Shown here one piece after another: positions 1 through 13,460 of a DNA stretch of 64,000 bases. This stretch comes from Octopus sinensis (Eukaryota), in assembly GCF_006345805.1 (NCBI RefSeq), contig NC_042999.1:97464001-97528000 (forward strand), given 5' to 3'. Made by a program: the position numbers and the translations under genes. Below the pieces are notes generated by a model. The model saw only the letters and a program-made list of their open reading frames with translations, was not told the DNA's origin and did no database searches. Each line of letters starts with the position of its first letter. The first letter of the stretch is position 1.

Positions 1-75
1 ACCTAACTCTCTGTTTGAATCTTTAATGCGAAACCAATTGGTAAGATTGCCTGTAATGTATATATAGTACTGTAC
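1..75 (+). ncRNA. 3' half of a type I hammerhead ribozyme motif (same family as 54657-54838), cut by the window edge
   Basis: ATGC-GAAACCAATTGGTA-AGATTGCC at 26-51: GAAA core, palindrome ACCAATTGGT (33-42) and GUA triplet. Bases 1-75 align with 54755-54838. The CUGAUGA half would lie upstream of base 1. Confidence 0.6.
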
Positions 76-207
76 ACTTTGAATAATATATGTATGTATA
101 TAGGCATATAAATAACTATATATATATATATATATACCATCCAACCCATGCTAGCATGGAAAACGGACGTTAAACGATGATGATGATGATATATATATAT
201 GTATATG

Positions 208-254
<47 letters not shown>

Positions 255-280
255 ATGTATGTATGTGTGTGTGTGTGTGT

Positions 281-313
<33 letters not shown>

Positions 314-318
314 ATGTA

Positions 319-360
<42 letters not shown>

Positions 361-496
361 CACACACATACTTATGAATGTATATATGTATATGTCTGAA
401 TGTCTTCTTTCTGATACACAAATATCCTTTGGATGGCAAAGAACAAAAGCAAAAGCAAGAAGTAAAAGACAAATAAAAAAAAATAAGTATACATAC

Positions 497-597
497 CTGT
501 AGAAAATAATCCCACGATCAGAAAGTTAACTTCCAGGATTGCTGCAATCAAAGAAATTGTAGAAGAAGCTTGCAGGAGAGTAATTTCATTCTGATTA
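497..597 (-). CDS. Internal coding exon of an unidentified membrane protein (NQNEITLLQASSTISLIAAILEVNFLIVGLFST)
   Basis: Acceptor ttttcattagttattacAG and donor CAG/GTATGT bound a 101-nt segment (1+33 codons+1) encoding a hydrophobic helix. No partner exons were confidently found. Confidence 0.6.
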
Positions 598-2328
598 CTG
601 TAATAACTAATGAAAATCAAAACGTATAAGACCTGCTACTATGTGCTAAACTTCTAGAATCTCTAACAATAGTAAAAGCAGTATTACTCGTTTTCAAATC
701 ATATACCCACAATTGTTCACAACTTTACGAAAATATAAACATAAAAGAAAACAAAATAATATAAACATCATATGCCCCTTTCTCCTGCTGTGTCACAGAA
801 CTTTGTACTGTCAGGCTTTTTATATATTCTATTTTGACCACATATATACATATATATATATATATTTTAAAACATTTGGTTTGGTATTGTGACCTTTGTA
901 CTTATTAGAATCTGTTCTAAAACAGCTGAGGTACTGACAGTTTATAGCAACACTAAAAAAAAGAAAAAAAAAAGATGACTGATCACTGAATCACTCATAT
1001 GGATTGATAGAATCAGTAGGGTTGTTGGACAAAATACCTTGTTGCATTTAGTTAGTTATCTTTGGAGCTAATTTCTGGAGTTGGCAATAAAAACAAGGTA
1101 TAATTACGTAAGTAATTTGTTTCAAGAAATGCAAACTTAACTTGATAAATGATGTTAACATGTAAAAATATTAAAAAATTTATATCAGCTTGTATCTATT
1201 TTAATAAATGGTCTGAACATATTTTCACATGTATTGCATCTAAATTTCTTCTTCAGTATTTGTTTTTAGGTGGTGTCTTTTATTTTAAATTTTATGCATT
1301 TAAATATGTTCCCTGAGATTGACATAAAGTCAAATGTATCAACTGAAGTTGAAGTTTATTTGTTCCATTAATGTTTTTATTTTTTTGAAAAAGAAAGCCA
1401 TAAATTTGGAAATAACTTAACTAGAAACAATTAACTACAGCTGACCTTCTCCAAAGTGAGGCTTTGTATCTATCTTAGCTTCTTTTCTCAATCTCATGTA
1501 TAAACATGCACACACATGCACGCACACACATACATACACACGCACACACATACACAATGCATTGTCCACAAGACAAGGGAACTGCTGAATAGTTGTTTGA
1601 CTTGCTAGAAATAGTAGTCAAAGCATCCTCATCATATTAGACAATGGAGTTCCAGACAGATGCTCAATGATGGTATGGCTTTGATCATAAAACTACCCAA
1701 CAGCACCAATTGTGTATGTACACAAATTCATCATTACTGTTGGATACACTTGCAGGGTATAAAATGTGCCTCCTAAAATTTGCTTAATCAACAGAGACAA
1801 ATGCAGATGTAAACACACACAAATGCACACACTTGCATGCACAAGCACACATACACACACTCATGCACATGCATGCACACACACACAATATAAACCCACC
1901 GATGTGTACTCCTCACTCTGTAATAGCAGCAGAGGCAGAACAGTTTCTGTTACATGACAACAATATTTTGCATTCTGAAACTAAACTCATGACATGAGGA
2001 ATTAATAGCATTTTACTTAATCCAAACTTTGAAGTTGAAATGCAAAGGAAATTGTGTCTGTCTAGCATCAAAACTGAATTATATGCCAAATCACTTGCTT
2101 TAACATTGAATTTTTGTAATGAATTAGAAGTCATTCACTTTTTTGTTTATCTTTTGTCTCTAACTTGTTTCAGTTATTGGACTGCAGCCATGCTGGGGCA
2201 CTGCCTTGAAGGGTTTAATTGAACAAATCAATCCCAGCACTTATTTACTTAATCTTTTTTTATACCTGGTACTTAAGTTATGGGGACATAAACAAACCAA
2301 TACCAGTTATCAATTGGTAGTGGGTGAA

Positions 2329-2368
<40 letters not shown>

Positions 2369-2871
2369 TTATGATGGGCTTCTTTCAGTTTCCATTTACT
2401 ACATCCACTCTCAAGGATTTGATTGGCCTGAAGCTACAGTAGAATACACTTGTCCAAGGTGCTGCACTAGGGACTGAACTCAAGGCCTCACAGTTGGGAA
2501 ACAACCTTCTTAATCACACAGTCATACATGCTCCTATTTGTTAATTTGTGTCTATTTGTTTTTAGTGTTTTTTTTTTTTTTTTTTTTTTTTTGCTAGCAT
2601 GTATTGGACAAGTATGTACTGAAACATTGTTTTGCTGTTGCACATCTTTCCTGACATTAACTTTATCCGTTTATCAAGTAATGGATATTTTTATTCCATG
2701 TGTCTTTGAAAGTGCAGAGCTACAGGGCAATCTGTCAGATGTGTGTGTCAAAAAATACCAGTTCTTACTTAACATTTTCATGGATGCAGAATGCAAAGCA
2801 TTCGCACATACATGCTTGCAATATGGCCCTAAGTTTCCTGTACATAGGAATAATATAGGATAATCATGGTT

Positions 2872-3207
2872 GGAAGACGCATGGCTCAGTAGTTAGAGCA
2901 TTGAGCTTATGATCATGAGGTTGTGAGTTCGAATCCTGGATTGGGCTGCGTGTTGTGTTCTTGAGCAAGACACTTTATTTCACGTTGCTCCAGTTCACTC
3001 AGCTGTAGAAATGAGTTGCGACATCACAGGTGCCAAGCTGTATCTGCTGTTGCCTTTCCCTTGGATAACACTGGTGGCGTGGAGAGGGGTTACCGGTATG
3101 CATGGGCAACTGCTGGTCTTCCATAAACAACCTTGCCTGGACTTGTGCCTGGGAGGGTAACTTTCTAGGTGCAATCCCACGGTCAGTCATGACCAAAGGG
3201 GGTTTCA
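2872..3207 (+). mobile_element. tRNA-derived SINE
   Basis: A-box-like TGGCTCAGTAGTTAG and B-box GAGTTCGAATCC, followed by the GTTGTGTTCTTGAGCAAGACACTT body seen in other copies (e.g. ~6595, ~18690 minus, ~22630). Confidence 0.75.
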
Positions 3208-3353
3208 TGGCTGGAATGTCTTTCATCATAGCTCTGTTAGATCAGTGCTGATCTAGAGCTGAACAACAATAATAAAAACTGGCATTTAGTTTATCATCAC
3301 TGGTGAAATGAAAGGCATCTCACAACATGTGAGATTTGAACTCTGTGAGTTAA

Positions 3354-3564
3354 CCCTTTATCATTCAGATTATTCTGTCAAAAGTAATGCTTATTTATTT
3401 ACATTGTTTTGAATTAATCATGCATTATTTTGTAGCTTTGAGATTTTCATGAGGCAATTGTTAATTTTTTAGAATGACATTGTAGGGTGGGTGTGACAAA
3501 CCAAATCTGGCCAGTTTAAACACAAAGCAGGTAAAATATTTTGGCTGGTTTAAATGCTAAAAGG
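3354..3564 (+). mobile_element. piggyBac-like ~215-bp MITE (other copies ~17436-17655, 30720-31391, 40340-40572, ~43460-43650 minus)
   Basis: Begins TTAA-CCCTTTA and ends AATGCTAAAAGG-TTAT (terminal inverted repeat, degenerate TTAA site). The internal sequence is shared among the listed copies. Confidence 0.75.
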
Positions 3565-3841
3565 TTATGGGTGACAACTTGATAACACAAGGTATTTTGT
3601 CTGGCTGTCTACAATCTCTACCACTCCATATCTCATACAAATGTAGAGTACTCCTTAGTGCATTATAACTGAAAGGTTCCAATTTCCTGTACCCTGAGTT
3701 TCTCATTTTTGATCATCAGCAGGTAAATCAGGCCTGGTTTTCTTTTGAAATATTCAGTTTGAATATTTTTAAGACACTTATCCTCCTCCTCCTCCCATCA
3801 TCCTCCCCTCCCCCCTCCTCCTCCTCCTCATCATCATCACC

Positions 3842-3873
<32 letters not shown>

Positions 3874-5247
3874 TTAATATCCATATTCCATGCTGGCATG
3901 TATGTATGTATGTATGTATGTATGTATTCTTTTCCTTTATACTTTTCCTTGTTTCAGTCATTTTGATTGTAGCCATGCTGGAGCACCGCCTTGAAGGATT
4001 TTAGTCAAATAAATCAATCCCAGGACTTATTTTTTTAAAGCCTAATACTTATTCTATCAGTCTCTTTTGTTGGACCACTAAGTTATGGGACATAAACACT
4101 GGTTATCAAGTGGTGATGGGGTGCAGGGACAAACACAGACACAAAGACACACATAGATATATACATATATATATAAGACAGGCTTCTCTCAGTTTCTGTG
4201 GACCAAATCCACTCACAAGGTTTTGGTCAACCTGAAGTTATACTAGAAGACACTTGCCCAAGGTGCCATGCAGTGGGACTGAATCCTGAATCATGTAGTA
4301 GGTATGTATGTAGTATGTTGGTAGGTAAATAAGAAGGTACATAGCTAGGTAGGTAGGTAGGTAGGTAGGTAGGTAGGTAGGAAGGTAGGTAGGTAGGTAT
4401 GTAAGTAGGTAGGTCGGTAGGTATCTTCATATTGAAGTCATCTCATGGCCAGGAAAAATATGAATAAATAATGGGATGATCATAATTGGAATGTATTTAA
4501 TCATATGTCTGTTTGATCAGAGCTGAACTAGAGTCTACACAGCAGCAATAACAATAACAAACACACAAACAATGAGTTTACTAGCCACAATTGGCTAATA
4601 AGCAATTGATGCTTTCATTGTAAAACATATTTGAAGTGAAGCTATGCCATGGAAACAGTCAAGTAACTCTTTACCTGTGATGTATTCCAAGCAACATCGC
4701 ACATAGTCATATCCACCACATGTCATCCTCCTCTCCATGCTAGTGCATTATCAATCTCCACCCATTTCAATGTCTTTATCCATATTCCCTCTCTCTCGTT
4801 TTCTTCCTCACCGACTTTCAATATCCACACACTTCATCATATCAAGTATACATGAGAAACCCTTAATCTAAACTAGAAATAAAAATAGATGATTTGCTCT
4901 ACAACCCCCAAAGGCAAGGAAGTCCTTATCTAATCAGGGATTGAGCAAATCAGTGAAACCAAATTAATATCTATCTATCTAAACTTAACATGGCTTCTTC
5001 ATTTCTTCAGTTTGGCTTGCATCTGTGCTTGATGTTGCTGTTATTGTTGTTGATGCTTCTTGCCCTATAAAGATGATATTTATATATTTTCATAGTATCT
5101 GTAACTTTCTATGACTGCATATGTGTGTCTGTGTGTGTGTGTGTATTTATGTGAGCATGTGTGTATATATGTATGTTGTGTATGTATGTATACATGTATG
5201 TATGTATGTATGTATGTCTGTATGTATGTAAGTATGTATGTATTATG

Positions 5248-5279
<32 letters not shown>

Positions 5280-5329
5280 TCTATCTATCTATCTATCTAT
5301 CTGTCTGTCCATCTATTGATATATATATA

Positions 5330-5366
<37 letters not shown>

Positions 5367-5369
<3 letters not shown>

Positions 5370-6229
5370 GGTGTGGTGAATATATTGTCATCTAAATTAC
5401 ACAAAAATAAAAATAACACTGGCATCTCATCTTAACAGATATATTTACCAAAATTACATAAAAATATCTTGAAATACTAATGAGTAAATTTATTCAATAA
5501 AATGGCCATTGACTTTAATCACAGCTTCCAGACGATTTTGGAATCTCCTGCAACTCTGAACAATCTCTTTCTTTAAGTTGGTGCATGTTGCCTTCATCCT
5601 TGCCTTCAGTTCAGCTTTGCTGTTACAAGGAGTTTTGTTGGTCTCTCACTCAACTGCACCCCACACATAATAATCAAGGGGGTAACAGTCTGGAGAATTA
5701 AGTGGCCAGATGTTAGGGGTGATGTGGTCACAGAAATTTTCTGACAGCCATGACTGGGTTCTCCTGCTTGTGTGGCATGGTGCTGAGTCCTGTTGCTAGA
5801 CACAGGGTCTTCCTGTAGCCACCTCCTTGACCCAGGGCAGTACTACCTTCTCCAAGCACTTGATGTAGGCCTCAGTGTTGAGTCTGAGGCCATGTGGGAA
5901 GATGAATAGAGGCATTACATCACCATCGCTAGTCATTGGATGTTTGATTTTTATCACTCTCAATACAGGTTTTGGGGACATGGCAAGGCAACAGTTGTTC
6001 TGTATGTTCACCATCTGTTCGTATTGGAGCATCTGGCGTGAATGCTAAACAGTAAAGTATGTCATTTCCAAATATCTGGCAGAATGAATTGCATCATTGT
6101 GCTGTTTTTCTCACAGACAGTGCCCGACTGACCCTGCTATACTGTGTAGTTGATGAAATAAAAAAACAAACAATACACACACACAAAATTAAAAATATAA
6201 AATGGCAACAATTTACCCATCACACCCTG
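5367..6229 (-). mobile_element. Internally deleted Tc1/mariner-superfamily DNA transposon
   Basis: Termini CAGGGTGTG...CACACCCTG within (TA)n. Broken minus-strand frames give DGDVMPLFIFPHGLRLNTEAYIKCLEKVVLPW and the WPLNSPDC.PLDYYVWG-like DDE C-terminal motif. Confidence 0.85.
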
Positions 6230-6238
6230 CACATATAT

Positions 6239-6296
<58 letters not shown>

Positions 6297-6989
6297 AGTG
6301 TAAGCACTAAGGTATATATCAAAACATCTGCAGATGTTACATGTGAATCTCCTTTATCATCTTTTCATTGAATTTCCCACACCCACAATATTTAATCAAG
6401 TCTTGTCAGCAGGAAATACTTCTTTTTCACCTTCTGAAAACTAAATGCAACATTTTCACATAGAATCTAATTTTATACCTCAACAGAGACTCACTTGATT
6501 TCTAGAAATAATGTATCAGCATTGAATATTTGCATTCACATGTGTGGGTGTAAGATGGGACCTACTGATACGACTTGCACTAAATACATAGTAAAGATAT
6601 GTAGCTTAATGGTTAGAGTAATAGGCCCATGATTGTTAGGTTATGGGTTCAATTCTCAGACTAAGAAGTGTATTATGTCCTTGTGTAAAGCATTTTATTT
6701 CACAATGCTCCAGTACATTAAATTAAAAATGAGTATCAGAGGTACTAGCGGGGATTAACCCTGTGATGAACCAGCAGCACATTCAAGGGCAGTCTTGTAC
6801 TCTTAACTTAAGTGCCATGAAAATCTAAATAAAGCTCTGGCCTCATGAACCATTGGCTTGAAGCAGGAAAAAAATAAATAAATAAACACTACAGCAATAT
6901 TTCTCAAACTTTTTACCCCACAGCTCACTTGTATATATGATGATTGCCACTTCTTTACAGAAGAAGGCCATTTCTTTGATTAATAAATA

Positions 6990-9720
6990 CTGTCATGAGA
7001 TCTTAGATGTCTAGCAAGTCCTGCTCTTGACAAGAAAACTCTACTGCAGATCTCACAAAGTGTCTGGGATTGTAGTTAAGTCCTGTCTACAAAGTGCTCA
7101 TTTCAAGATAGATTGTTCAATTCTTCGAGCTTCAAATGCTTTTCATCTATTGTAGATCATTTGTTTAGAAACCAATCAATCTTATGTCATCTGCTCCCAA
7201 TCTTCAACTTTCACATTAAGAGCCTTAAGGTTGCTTTTGACAGCATCCCTAAAACGTTTCTTAGGTTTATAGTTTGCCACGCTACAACTCACCGTAAAAC
7301 AACTGCTTTAGCAACCTGTCATCCTGCATTCTAGCAAGGTGCCCAACTCAATGCATCTGATTGATTATGAGGACCATTTCAATATTGTCTGGTGTTAAAG
7401 ACTTCCATTTGACGTCTAGTATCCTCCTTAGGGAAGTCTGATGGAATCTTTCTAAAGCCTTGATGTGGCACCAATATGTCATCCAGGTCTCAGAAGAGTA
7501 CAGGAGGACTGTTAAAATGCAAAATTCATAGCTACTAAGCTTGGTTTTGAAGGTGATACCTCTATCAGACCACACACAATTTTCAAGCCTTCCAAATATT
7601 TTGCTGGCTTTTTCAATTCTCAGGTTTATTTTGGAATCAAGGGATCCATCTCTAGAGAGAGTGCTGCCGAAGTAGATGAACAAGTCAACCATATATCTAA
7701 TCTTCTACCCTGGACAAAGATGTTAGGTTCCACATAGGGTTGGCCTGGTGGCTGAAATAACATGATCTTTGTTTTCTTTAGACTGATGGTAAGTCCAAAA
7801 ACTATACAAGCTCTAGAAAAGAGATCCAATATAGCCTGCATATCCTCCTCGGTGTGAGCAATGAGAACTACATCATCAGCATAAAGGAGCTCTCGAACAA
7901 AGGCCTAGAATGTCTTTGACTTTGCATTAAAGCATTTAACATCAAAGATCTTACCTGTGGTTCTGAAGTGAATATAGATGCCAATATCACAGTTTTGGAA
8001 AGCATGCAAGTTAGTTACAGCAAAATATAAGGGAAAAAGTGTTGGAGCAGCAATATCACCTTATTTAACTCCCTTATCAATGGAAATTGGTTCCGATAGT
8101 GACCCATTGAAGTTAAGATGAGCTTTCATATCACTTTGAAGTTACTTAAATAAGTTGACAAACTGAGGTGGGCATCCAAGTTTACCAAGAATGGTCCAGA
8201 GAACAGTCCTATTAAGAGTGTTGAAGGCTTTTGTTAAATCGACAAATACCTGGTAAAGAGCTATGCGATGTTCGATGCATTTCCATTGTGCCACGACTTG
8301 ATCTAAAACCACACTAACTCTCTGGGATGACAGAGTGGCATATCCATATTGTTAGCTGATTAAGTAAAAGTTTTGCAAAAACCTTACCGACTATTTCAAG
8401 CAGACTTATACCTCTGTAATTGTCACACTCAGATTTAGATCTTTTTCCTTTGAACAATGAAATTAAAATGGCATCAACCCAGTCCTGGGGAACAGGAGCA
8501 CCCAACCAGATGTCTGATATTAGATGGTGGATCTCTACAGCAAGTTCATTACCCCCGTGGAGGGGAATTTCAACAGGAATACCGTCAAGACCTGATGCCT
8601 TCCCAGTATTTAATTCTTTGATTGTCTTTTTGATCTCATCTGCAGTTGAACGTTCCATCATCTCACGAATCCTTTTGGGGAAGATTACTGATGACATTTT
8701 CATCAATAACTGGAGGATTATAAAAGAGATCAGTGAAATGCTCAGTCTTACATTTCATGATTCTCATGATCCTTGAAGAGAAAGCAGCTGTCTTTAGACT
8801 TGAGTGGTACCACAAATGAAGACCGAGGACCAAACACTTGTTTGATCAAGTGATATACTGTTTTCAGGTCTTTACTGTTACAGGCTTTATGGATTTTTTC
8901 AGAAATATCTGACCACTATTTGTTTTTCATTTGTCATATCTTTCTTTGGAGTGATGATTTTATCCTTTTGAGAGACTGCAGTAAGAGCTTTTTATCCTCA
9001 TCTGGGGCACCAAGGTTTTTTTGGTGCAACTTATTTTTATCTTCACGAAGTTTATTGATTTGTAGATCACTTTCATCAAACCAGTCCTGATGTTTTCTGT
9101 TTCTGAGATCAAAAACCTCAGCTCCAACATTGTAAATAGTGGTCTTAAACTGAGCCCAAGATCAATCAAATTCCACTTCTCCAGTAGCATTTCTAAGATT
9201 TGCCTGCACCTTAGAGTCCCTTAATTTCAACACATCAATTATGTTTAGGGACTTTTATTCCTCCAGATCTTATTTTACACATGATGTGGAGTTTCGATTT
9301 ACCTTGTATGAGCATATGGTCAGTCCCACATTCTGCACCTTGCATGACTCGGACAATGCAAACATCTGGAAGGTCTCATTTCCTGGTGATAAGGTAATCA
9401 AGAATATGCCTCTGTCTGGATCTTGGGTGCATCCAGGTAGCTTTATGGATATCCTTCTGATAAAAAACAGTGTTGCAGATGATGTGATCAAGTTCAGTGC
9501 AAAGCTGAAGACAGAGACCATTAGCATTCATTTTGCCCAAACCATGTCTCCCTAGTGCATCCCAGGTCTCATAATCACGTCCAACACAAGCATTGAAATC
9601 ACCAAGAAGGAGGAACACTGGGGTCAAAATAATCAATTGCCCTTTGTTCAAGAAAAATGAGAGCTCATTGCCATATTAGTGCATCATACATGTCCTGTTA
9701 TTGATGTCTTTGCTATTTTC
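6990..9720 (-). mobile_element. Decayed RTE-clade (BovB-like) LINE with endonuclease, RT and C-terminal remnants
   Basis: Fragments LLGDFNACVGRD...HPRSRQRHILDYLITRK (AP endonuclease), GKASGLDGIP...NYRGISLL (RT), and YFGSTLS...RIEKASKIFGRL...LLYSSETW (RTE post-RT). Many stops and frameshifts. Confidence 0.9.
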
Positions 9721-12700
9721 CCAAGCGGCAGGCTTTTGTTTTTAATTCTAAGCTGACTAAAAGATTGTGAAAGGAATAAATAATCAGTTAAAGATTACAT
9801 ACACATTCAATGAAGACTTAAAATTTAGTCAGCTTTTTTTTTTGCACTTAGTGAAATGAAGAATGCGACTAGTTGTACCTAAAAACATTGCAGTTGGTGT
9901 ATAGTTAGAGAATGCAGAAATATATTTAGGTTGACTTGGAGTGAAACTAACAATCTGAACTGGAAAGATAATTGACTATTTGGTTGTCTAATGTACTGTT
10001 AATGTACTGTTTTTATTGCTTTCTTGATTAATTCAAGTTTCTTAATGTTATTTCTTTGAACTGTTGAGAGATCTGACACTTGTTATGGTTTTCATTGTTG
10101 TATGGTATTAAAGACAAAGGAACAAACAAGAAAACTGTTGTTTTTTTTTTATTCCAAGAGACAGTTGTAAATCCAAGTGGCTGGGAAAAGAAGAGACATT
10201 ATTGCCCAAAAGATGGCACCAGTGATTCCAAAGACTTGTGTTCAATGATGTAATAGACTAATACTAATAATGTTCCTTTACTGATTATTGTTAATGTTGT
10301 TGTTGCTTAGCCCCAGGTCAGACCTGATTGAACAGACCTATGACTATTAACATTCCAGGAAGAACTAACTTGACATTTTTTTATGTGCAGGGAGCTGAAG
10401 ACCATATTATCCACTGTGCTATTCTTTTTAAGATGGTAGATGTGTGATGTGAGGGCTATTTCTAACATGAAGAGTGACTGCATAGCGTCTCTGGTTGTTT
10501 GGCTTGTCTTTCATTGGTAGTGAACGGTGACAAAAATACTTTAATTTCAGTATTTCCCCCAATAAAACTTGCCTAGGCTGCCATATTGAACTCTATAAAA
10601 CATCCTGAATATCGCACTAAACTACACATTAATTATCCTGACTGACACACAACACTTCACAGAATATGTCCTGAATGTCCCACTACACTACACATAAACT
10701 GTTCTGTATAAGCACTACATTCCATTGTGTATGTCCTCATTACCAAAATCCACTACATACAACATTCTCACTTTCACAGCCATACCCCATCTCATTCAAT
10801 ATTTCATGACATCTGCTCTGTACATAACATATCCTGCTGGCCATACTGCACCCACACAAGTCCAAACTGTCATGCAACATTCCACGCAACATATACTGAG
10901 TGCCATACTACAACCCCACCCCACCACCACCACCAACATATCCTAACTGCTACACTATTCACCAGACAACATGATTTGATAATCATACAATATCCCACAT
11001 AGCATGAATTTCCAGCATACTTCACCTTACTTAACATGTCCTGAGCATGTCCGATAAGTTCATCATCATCAATTCATTGGTTTTTCGACAATAGAATAGT
11101 CTCTAACTATTAATGGTGAGATCCTTTTTCTTTCATTTCATTTCATCTAGTTTCAGCTCACGGGCTGTGGTCATGCTGGGGCACTGCCATATACTATGGA
11201 TATATTTTCTCAGTAAACTTTCTTTGCAGTGAACTTTCCTCATAGTGAACTTCCTTCACAGTGAATTGATGGTGGTAAACTCTCCTGCAATAACTTGATG
11301 GTAGTGTACTTACCTGTAATCGTCCTGACAGTCACACTACACACTTCATACAAGGCAACTAGACTACCATACTCATTACCACACAATATATCCCAACAGC
11401 TACTCTACATCCTATATAACACTTCTTGATTGTCACCCTACACCCTTCGTGATCAAACCTGTCACACTACTATCCATACAATATGATCAGACTATACCAT
11501 ACGCCAAACCATTTAACATGTTTTGATACTCAGACTATGTCCCACATAATATACAGGTCGCACTATACCTCCCTCAGTATATTGTAACAATCTAGTTATT
11601 CCTCATTCTCACAAACCATGAACAGGGCTGTCACAGTTTATGGCAAATTTGCAGTTCACTGTGTATTCACTATGTTTACAGTAAGATATTTTTACATACT
11701 GTGCATGTAGAAAATAACCTTTTAGGTTGAAAATGATGATGTGTATGTTGAAGAAGATAATGATGATAATGTTAAGTATACTAATGAAAGTAAATATAAT
11801 GATTAATGAGAAATAAGTTTTGTTTATAATAATTAGAAACTGATCATATATTAAATATAGACTCAAGTGACAGTGTGACAGTTAGAATCTTCCTTGTTCT
11901 CTCCATCACAACCATATATGATGTTATCAATACAAAATGATTGATATATAGTAGTCAGAACTTTATAGTGAAGCTATAGAAACAAAAATCAGTCATATTT
12001 GTCCAGTGAAATGTCATACCATAGAATACAAAGATGGACAAAATGCCACTGAGCATTTTACCTGGTGTGTTAACAATTCTGCCAGCTCACCACCTTATAT
12101 GCCTAAATAGATATTAGTGATGAGTAAATAATGCTGAAGTCTATTAGCAACAACTTTCAACATACACTAATTGAGATTTACAGTTAACAACAAATCTTTC
12201 AGTACATCTGTTTTTGAGTAAGGATGTTAATGCTAACAACCTACTTTAACAGAACTCTTCTAAGTAGTAAACAAAAGATATTTAGAAACAAATGATGATG
12301 CCAAATCCAACTGATGCCAGTAAACATAGCAGCCTTGTGTATGGCACACATTTTTTTTTTCCATGTGCAGTGAATGTTGAAGTAGAAGGTAACCTAAGTT
12401 TACTTTCAAGTTAGCAAATGAGATTTCTGGCAACAATTTTAATATAGAACTACAAGGCTCCAAAATAGACCACACTGTTTAAACATGTGAGAATTATGTA
12501 AGAAATATAATTCAAGGTAACAATCTAATCTAGTCTATGTAGCACACACCTGACTACTCATAAAAAAAGGAATTTCTATGTAGTTGTTGATCTTGTTAGA
12601 AATAGTAGCCAATTTCCCTTTATATCATACTGTCTTAAAAATAGAGAAGGATGCATTCAATAATGTAGTTATAGATAGCCTTCACACACAAGCACAGACA

Positions 12701-12815
12701 CAGACACAGACACAGACACACACTCATGTGCAAACACACACACACGCACACGCACGCACACACACACACACACACACCACACACACACACACCACACACA
12801 CACACACACACCACA

Positions 12816-12856
<41 letters not shown>

Positions 12857-13265
12857 CACACACACACACACACACAAATGGAACTGTCATCATGGCTGGA
12901 ATGTCTTTTGATCATAGGTTTTCTCAGTTAAGACAACTTAGAAACATCAGCAACCTTCCAGGATAATATTTATCAAGCTTATTTAGCCATGGAACCTTCA
13001 TAGGATCTTCCAAAAACCACACAGCCCATTGACATTAGCTCCAGCCCTCACCTGTTTCCAGGCAAGGAAATATTTTCTTATGACCAGACACAAAAGATCA
13101 CAAGCAAGAAATACCACTTGTTTACAACTGTCACATGATGTCAAGGCAAGGAGACAGTAACAGACACGTGCAGGGACATATGATATACATATATACACAA
13201 TAAGCTTCTTAAAGTTTCTATCTACCAGATCCACTCACAATGATTTGTTCAGCTTGGAAATGACA

Positions 13266-13293
13266 TACATATATTTATGTATGTTGTATGTAC

Positions 13294-13328
<35 letters not shown>

Positions 13329-13460
13329 TGTATGTATGTATGTATGTATGTATGTATGTATGTATGTATGTATGTATGTATGTATGTATGTTGTATGTAT
13401 GTATGTATGTATGTATGTATGTATGTATGTATGTATGTATGTATGTATGTATGTATGTAT
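13266..13460. repeat. (TATG)n microsatellite, representative of dozens of TA/TG/TATG/CAT/AAT/ACC tracts across the window
   Basis: Direct inspection. These tracts generate most of the HT/YI/CV/MYVC/poly-X ORFs in the track. Confidence 0.95.
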
